Shown here one piece after another: positions 58,896-64,000 of a stretch of DNA of 64,000 nucleotides. The notes beneath the pieces are model-generated. The model ran no database searches. It saw only the letters and a program-made list of their open reading frames with translations, and was not told where the DNA came from. Position numbers and translations under genes: made by a program. The stretch's first letter is position 1. Every line of letters begins with the position of its first letter. Location: NCBI GenBank assembly GCA_027593235.1, contig JAQCIU010000002.1, positions 1 to 64,000 on the forward strand, read 5' to 3'. Origin of the DNA: Chloroflexota bacterium (lineage in GTDB: Bacteria > Chloroflexota > Dehalococcoidia > UBA2979).

Positions 58896-60170
58896 ATGGC
58901 CCGCGAGGAGACCACCGCCTTCACGATCCGCAATCTCGTGCTGACCGTGTATCTGCCCACTATCTTCATGGGCATCGGGCAGAGCGCCGTACTCGCCTTC
59001 GTCGTGCTCCAGGCCCGCGATCTCGGTGCCTCGGTCGGTGTCGCGGGGCTCGTCTTCGCCATGCGCGGCCTCGGTGTCATGGCCTTCGATGTTCCTGCCG
59101 GCGTCCTGCTCGGACGGCTCGGGCAGCGCCGCACGATGATCCTCTCCATCTCGCTGATCGGGAGCCTCGCCGCCGCCACCGCGTTCAGCCCCAACCCGTG
59201 GATCCTCGCCGCCTCCGTCTTCGCCCTCGGCGGGGCCACCTCGCTCTGGATGCTCACCCGCATCGCCTTCGTATCCGAACAGGCGCCCGTCCACCAACGC
59301 GGCCGCGCGCTCTCCCTCGTCGGCGGATCCCAGCGCATGGGCAACTTCGTCGGCCCGGTGATCGGTGGCTTCCTCGCCGAATTCGGCGGCTACTCCTCGG
59401 CGATGCTGCTGCAGACCGCCGGTGCCGCCATCGCCCTGATCCCGATCCTGCTCTTCGTCACCGAGGCGCGTGGCGCCGTTGCCGGTCGCTCCGCTGCCCG
59501 CACTGGTCAAAGCGGCGTCCTCCAGCTCCTCCGCTCCGAGCGCCACACATTCCTCACCGCCGGCCTTGCCGTCCTCGCGCTCCAGGTGCTCCGCCAGGGC
59601 CGTCAGGTGCTCCTCCCGCTCTGGGGCGACGAACTCGATCTCACACCCTCCCAGATCGGCCTCATTATTGGCTTCGCCTCGTCCGTCGACATGCTGCTCT
59701 TCTACCCCGTCGGCATCGTCATGGACCGCTTCGGGCGCAAGTGGTCCGCCGTGCCCTCGATGATCCTGCTCGCCAGCAGCCTCGCCCTGATCCCCTTGAC
59801 CGACCGGTTCGAGGCCCTGCTCGTCGTCGGCCTCATCTCGGGCTTCGCCAACGGCCTCGGATCCGGCATCGGCATGACCTTCGGCGCCGACTTCGCCCCA
59901 CCCGGGATGCGCGGCGAGTTCCTCGGCGTCTGGCGCTTCGTCACCGATATCGGCACCAGCGCCGGCCCCCTGCTGGTCGCCGCCGTTGCCGCACAGGCCG
60001 GCCTTGCGGTCGCCTGTATCGCCACCGGTGGCGTCGGCCTCGGCGGTGCCGCCGTGATGGCCTTCCTCGCCCATGAGACCCTCCACCGCAGCCACCCCGC
60101 CGCCGCGCTGGATCCCGCCGTCGCCCGCGACCCCACCCCGGGCCCCGCACCCCCGCGGTCAGCGCCATGA
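58896..60170 (+). CDS. MFS transporter
   Basis: About 12 hydrophobic segments, GRLGQRR and MDRFGRK motif A, and RGRALS. Confidence 0.9.
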   Translation: MAREETTAFTIRNLVLTVYLPTIFMGIGQSAVLAFVVLQARDLGASVGVAGLVFAMRGLGVMAFDVPAGVLLGRLGQRRTMILSISLIGSLAAATAFSPNPWILAASVFALGGATSLWMLTRIAFVSEQAPVHQRGRALSLVGGSQRMGNFVGPVIGGFLAEFGGYSSAMLLQTAGAAIALIPILLFVTEARGAVAGRSAARTGQSGVLQLLRSERHTFLTAGLAVLALQVLRQGRQVLLPLWGDELDLTPSQIGLIIGFASSVDMLLFYPVGIVMDRFGRKWSAVPSMILLASSLALIPLTDRFEALLVVGLISGFANGLGSGIGMTFGADFAPPGMRGEFLGVWRFVTDIGTSAGPLLVAAVAAQAGLAVACIATGGVGLGGAAVMAFLAHETLHRSHPAAALDPAVARDPTPGPAPPRSAP

Positions 60171-61081
60171 CCACCCCCGTGCCGATCCCACCCTCCGAGG
60201 ATCTGCGCGCCGCGCTTCGCTCCTTCGCCGAACGCACCCTCGGCCGCATCGTCATGCTCGAGGACCGCTCCCGGACCTTCGGCCGCCTCTCCCTCGTTTG
60301 GCACATCGAGGCCGCCGACGGCCATCACTACTACCTGAAACGCCACGAGGATCGCCGCCTCTACGACCGCGAACTTCGCGCCCTCACCGACTGGCTCCCG
60401 CGCCTCCCCGAGGGCGCGCGTCAGATGACCGTCCCCCTCGTCGCCACCGCCGACGACCTCGACGCGATGCTCTTCGCCGCCGCCCCCGGCGAGATCGTCG
60501 AGGACGCCGCCCTCACCACCGAGGAGCGCCACGCCGCCTACCAGCTCGCCGGCGCCTTCGCTGCCGCCCTGCACGCGCTTCCCTGCGAGGGCTGCGGCCC
60601 TGCCGAGGACTACGGCGCCAACCTGCGGTCGACCATCCGCCCGTGGCTCGCCGACCCGGCCGCCGCCTTCACCGCCGAGGAACAGCGCTGGGCCACGGAC
60701 ACCATCCGCGCGGACGGCGCCCTCGACGCCGTCCGACTCGTCCCCGCCCACATGGACTACTCACCGCGGAACTGGCTGATCCACCGCGCGGACGGCGCGC
60801 TCTGGCTCTACGTGATCGACTGGGAGCGCGCCCGCCCCGCCCCCTGGACCGAGGACGTGCAGCGCATGGCCGAGGATCACTGGCACGCCGATCCCGTCGC
60901 CCGCGAGGCGTTCTTCCTCGGCTACGGCCGCCAGCCCTCGGACATCGAGGAACGCCAGATCCGCGCCCTCGCCGTCGCCAACAACGCCATCGGCGCCATC
61001 GCCTAGGGCGGCCAACGTGGCGACACCGCCTTCGTCGCCAAAGGCCGCGCCATCCTCGATCGGCTCCGCGCCGAGGGCTGA
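60167..61081 (+). pseudogene. APH/choline-kinase family phosphotransferase with in-frame TAG at 61004-61006
   Basis: YLK, HMDYSPRNW and VIDWERA. GAIA*GGQRGDTAFVAKGRAILDRLRAEG continues in frame to TGA at 61081. Confidence 0.75.
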
Positions 61082-61112
61082 CAAACCGCCGAAGATGTCG
61101 GTCGCGCGGCCA

Positions 61113-61514
61113 CTAACCCGCGAGGAAGCTCAGCTTCACACGCCGTCGCGGATTGTCCGGATTGAGGTCTACCAGCACCACCCGCTGCCACTGGCCCAGC
61201 GCCGGAACCCCCTGCACCACCGGGATCGTCACCGAGGGCGACACGATCGCCGGCAGCAGGTGATCCGCCCCGTGCCCGGCCGTTCCGTGCCGGTGCGTGT
61301 ACGCGCGGCTCCGCGGTAGCAGCTCGTTCAGTAGTTCCGTGAGGTCCTGCTCCGACCCCGACCCGGTCTCGATCAACGCCACCCCGGCGGTCGCGTGCGG
61401 GACGAACACGCTCAGCAGCCCGTGCGCCTGGCCACGGCAGAACCCGCGAATCTGATCCGTCAGATCCACCGTCTGCCGCCGCGCCGTGTCGATGTGCAGG
61501 TCGAGCGAATGCAC
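61113..61514 (-). CDS. yjbQ: YjbQ / UPF0047 family protein
   Basis: FVPHATAG, HGADH and LGQWQ. Confidence 0.88.
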   Translation of the reverse strand: MHSLDLHIDTARRQTVDLTDQIRGFCRGQAHGLLSVFVPHATAGVALIETGSGSEQDLTELLNELLPRSRAYTHRHGTAGHGADHLLPAIVSPSVTIPVVQGVPALGQWQRVVLVDLNPDNPRRRVKLSFLAG

Positions 61515-61532
61515 CGCCGTCGCGCGCCCGCG

Positions 61533-62870
61533 CTACGCGGGCGCGGCCTCGAGGATCGCCCCGTACGGCGCGATCTCCTCCGCGATCGCGCGGCGGTCGC
61601 CCACGATCGCGATCGTCATCTCGTCCGGTCGCAGGTGTTCCACCGCGATCCGTTGCACGTCCGCCGTCGTCAGCGCCAGCACGCGCTCCGCGTACGCCGC
61701 CGCCCAGCCCTCGTCGAGCCCGTGCAGGTCGAGGAACGCAAGTTGCTCGAGGACCCCACCCGGCGTCGCATGTCGCAGGACATAACTACCGGCGACGTAG
61801 TTCTGGATGTCCGCGAGCTCCTGCTCGCCCGCCGGTTCCGCTCGCAGCAGCTCGATCTCCTTGAAGATCTCGTGCAGCGACGCCCCGGTCACGTTTGTCG
61901 TCACGTCCGCCTGTTCCACCCAGAAGGCGTCGCTCGGGTGCGCCACCATCTGGCTCCGAGGTGAGTACGTGTACCCCTTGTTCTCGCGGATGTTGAGCGT
62001 GATCCGCGAGTAGAACGATCCCCCGAGGAGGGAGTTGGTGACCGACAGCGCGACATAATCGTCTGCGCTCGGCGGTGGTACCGGGAGCCCGATCTGGAGC
62101 GTCGACTGCTCCGCGCCCGGCCGATCCACCAGGTAGATCGCCCGCTCGCTCCGCGGCTGCGGCACTTCCGAGGACCGACCGCTCGCGTTGCTCCAGCCGT
62201 CGAAGGCGCCGTCGGCCGCGGCCAGCACCGCCGCGCTGTCGAACAGCCCTGCCACGTAGAGCCGGCTCGCACTCGCGCCGGCATGCGCCTCGTAGGTCGC
62301 GCGTACCGCCTCGGTCGTGAAGCCCGCGATCTGCTCCGGGCTCGCCAGCAGCCGCCCGTACGCGTGGTCGCCGTACACCGCGCGTCGGAACGCGCTCGCC
62401 GCCAGCGTCCCCGGCTGCGACTTCGCCAGCTCCAGCCGCCGACCGAGGTCCGCGCGCAGCCGTGCCAGCTCTGATTCCGGGAAGCGCGGCTCCCGCGCCA
62501 CCGTCGCTAGCAGTCGCACCGCATCCGGCGCGAACTCCGAAAGCACCGAGGTGCTCAGCGTCGTCGTGTCTTCGTCGACGCTGACGTCCAGCCGCCCGCC
62601 CATCTGCGCGACCGCGTCCGCCAGCCCAGCCGTGTCCAGCTCGCCGGCGCCCTGCGTCAGGTAATCGCCAATCAGGCGCGTCAGCCACGTCTCGTCGCTG
62701 CGCTCCGTGCCCGTGCCGAAGCCGAGTACCAGCCGCAGGTACGCCTTCGGGATCGACCCCGAGGCCGCCAGCGCCACTGAGACGCCGCTCGCCAGCACCG
62801 TCCGTTCCACCGCCGGGAGGCTGAACGGCGCAAGCCCGCCGATCTGCGGCGCGTCCGGTGAGGACGTCAT
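61533..62870 (-). CDS. M16 peptidase, non-catalytic partner subunit
   Basis: No HxxEH motif; LGGSFYSRITLNIRENKGYTY R/Y pair and IVGD. Confidence 0.88.
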   Translation of the reverse strand: MTSSPDAPQIGGLAPFSLPAVERTVLASGVSVALAASGSIPKAYLRLVLGFGTGTERSDETWLTRLIGDYLTQGAGELDTAGLADAVAQMGGRLDVSVDEDTTTLSTSVLSEFAPDAVRLLATVAREPRFPESELARLRADLGRRLELAKSQPGTLAASAFRRAVYGDHAYGRLLASPEQIAGFTTEAVRATYEAHAGASASRLYVAGLFDSAAVLAAADGAFDGWSNASGRSSEVPQPRSERAIYLVDRPGAEQSTLQIGLPVPPPSADDYVALSVTNSLLGGSFYSRITLNIRENKGYTYSPRSQMVAHPSDAFWVEQADVTTNVTGASLHEIFKEIELLRAEPAGEQELADIQNYVAGSYVLRHATPGGVLEQLAFLDLHGLDEGWAAAYAERVLALTTADVQRIAVEHLRPDEMTIAIVGDRRAIAEEIAPYGAILEAAPA

Positions 62871-64000
62871 GACTGCACCTCCTCGGCGCCCGCGCCGTCT
62901 TCCGAGGCGTTCGGCGCTCCCGCCGTCGGGTTGACGGAGAGCACCGCGCGTCCGTCCGGCCGCAGGTAATCGCGAGCCACCGCGTGCACCAGCTCCGGCG
63001 TCACCGCCGCGAACCGCGCGTCCACCTCATTGATCGCCGCCGCGTCCCCGTCGATCAGTGCGAACGAAGCCAGCAGATCCGCGCGCCCGAACCCCGGGTA
63101 CGCCGTGCTCGTCAGCGAGTCGTAGAACGCCGATCGCGCCTTGACCACCGCGCGATCGAACACCGCCGGCGACGGTGGCGCTGCACGGAACGGCTCAACC
63201 GCAGCGTCGAACGCCTCCAGGATCGCGTCGGTATCGAAGGCCGGGTCGTGGATCGCCGAAGCCGTCCACAACAGCGGCGTCTGCGCGTTGTACATGTTGC
63301 CCAGGAAATTCATCCCGCCGTCCACGTCGCCGGTCATCCCGCGCTTGTTCACCAGCTCGTGGTGCAGCGCGCTGTCATCGCCCTGCAGCAACATCTGATC
63401 CAGCAGCCCCATCGCGAAATACTCCGGCGTGCCGTGCTCCGGCACCTGGTAGGACACCGCCACCGCTGGCTGGCTGGCCAGCGGATCGTCCTTCGTAAAA
63501 CGCCGCTCCGCCGTCCACGCCGGCTCGGTCACGTCCGCCGGCTCCGGTCGCGGCTGCGCCGGGATGCCCTCGAAGTAGCGGCGGCTCATCGCCAGCGCCG
63601 CCGTCGGCTCGAAGTCGCCGACGACCACCAGCACCGCGTTCGCCGGTGAGTAGTAGCTATCGAAGAACTCGCGCGCGTCGTCCAGCGTCGCCGCGTCCAG
63701 ATCCACCATGTCGCCGTAACCGTTGTGGGAGTTGTGCCAGTTCGCGTACGCTTGCTCCGCCATGTCGATCCACGGGAAGCCACCGTAGGGCTGGTTCAGA
63801 ACGTTCACGCGGATCTCGTTCTTCACCACGTCGCGCTGGTTGTTCAGCTCCGCGTCCGTGATCTTCGGACCGCGCATCCGGTCCGCTTCCATCCACAGCA
63901 CCAGCTCCAGCGTGTGCTTGGGCAACGCCTCGAAGTAGTTCGTGAAGTCGTACCGGGTCGAACCGTTCAGCGCGCCGCCGTTCTGCTGCACCCGCTGCAC
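62867..64000 (-). CDS. M16 peptidase catalytic subunit (5' end outside window)
   Basis: NGSTRYDFTNY, EADRM, VVKNEIR and YYSPANAVLVVVGD. ATGA coupling to the partner gene. Confidence 0.9.
   Translation of the reverse strand: MQRVQQNGGALNGSTRYDFTNYFEALPKHTLELVLWMEADRMRGPKITDAELNNQRDVVKNEIRVNVLNQPYGGFPWIDMAEQAYANWHNSHNGYGDMVDLDAATLDDAREFFDSYYSPANAVLVVVGDFEPTAALAMSRRYFEGIPAQPRPEPADVTEPAWTAERRFTKDDPLASQPAVAVSYQVPEHGTPEYFAMGLLDQMLLQGDDSALHHELVNKRGMTGDVDGGMNFLGNMYNAQTPLLWTASAIHDPAFDTDAILEAFDAAVEPFRAAPPSPAVFDRAVVKARSAFYDSLTSTAYPGFGRADLLASFALIDGDAAAINEVDARFAAVTPELVHAVARDYLRPDGRAVLSVNPTAGAPNASEDGAGAEEVQS

Noticed and set aside
57480-60095. 871-aa amidase ORF, and similar long N-terminal extensions at 35007-37538, 48118-50595, 25408-26961 and 20798-22273
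   Set aside because: The extensions are antisense shadows of real opposite-strand genes in GC-rich DNA, not fusions. Starts were trimmed.
55357-61006. Stop-codon recoding (pyrrolysine, selenocysteine or an alternative code) to explain the in-frame stops
   Set aside because: The two stops differ (TAA, TAG), each is one substitution from a plausible sense codon, and many genes here end normally in TAG, TAA or TGA.
1-64000. CRISPR array, prophage, integrase or defence operon
   Set aside because: No regularly spaced repeats, cas, phage structural or recombinase genes seen. The NYN gene alone does not indicate defence.

Overview
GC-rich bacterial chromosomal window. Gene content and protein style suggest Chloroflexota, probably Dehalococcoidia (inference, not a database result). 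It contains a PyrR-attenuated pyrimidine operon (pyrR-pyrB-pyrC-like-carA-GNAT-2H-carB-HAD-pyrK, with pyrD displaced beyond an oppositely oriented mrp-NYN pair), four tRNAs (Pro, Asn, Gln, Leu), one complete IS256-family element with an 8-bp target duplication, and many catabolic or housekeeping genes (acyl-CoA ligase, RimK-TrkA_C, MscS, MenB, agmatinase, ALS, P450 plus ferredoxin, penicillin acylase, thiolase/DUF35, Fhs, CoA transferase, amidase, M16 pair). No CRISPR array, prophage or multi-gene defence system is visible, and I found no clear multi-gene novel system. Most notable: (1) an unannotated 26-aa ORF (MTYSKPSIERTKLVGQLIVGLSIATT) with its own RBS and cUUCGg terminator that resembles a YxxP-leader RiPP precursor, lying between an att-like tRNA-Leu copy and a ferredoxin-P450 pair; (2) a PyrC whose metal and catalytic residues are systematically replaced (pseudo-dihydroorotase); (3) an IS256 that separates a 22-aa-repeat amphipathic protein gene from its RBS; (4) a 1.6-kb integrase-less islet at tRNA-Leu; (5) an Mrp lacking its cluster-binding CxxC; (6) several point lesions and rearrangement scars.
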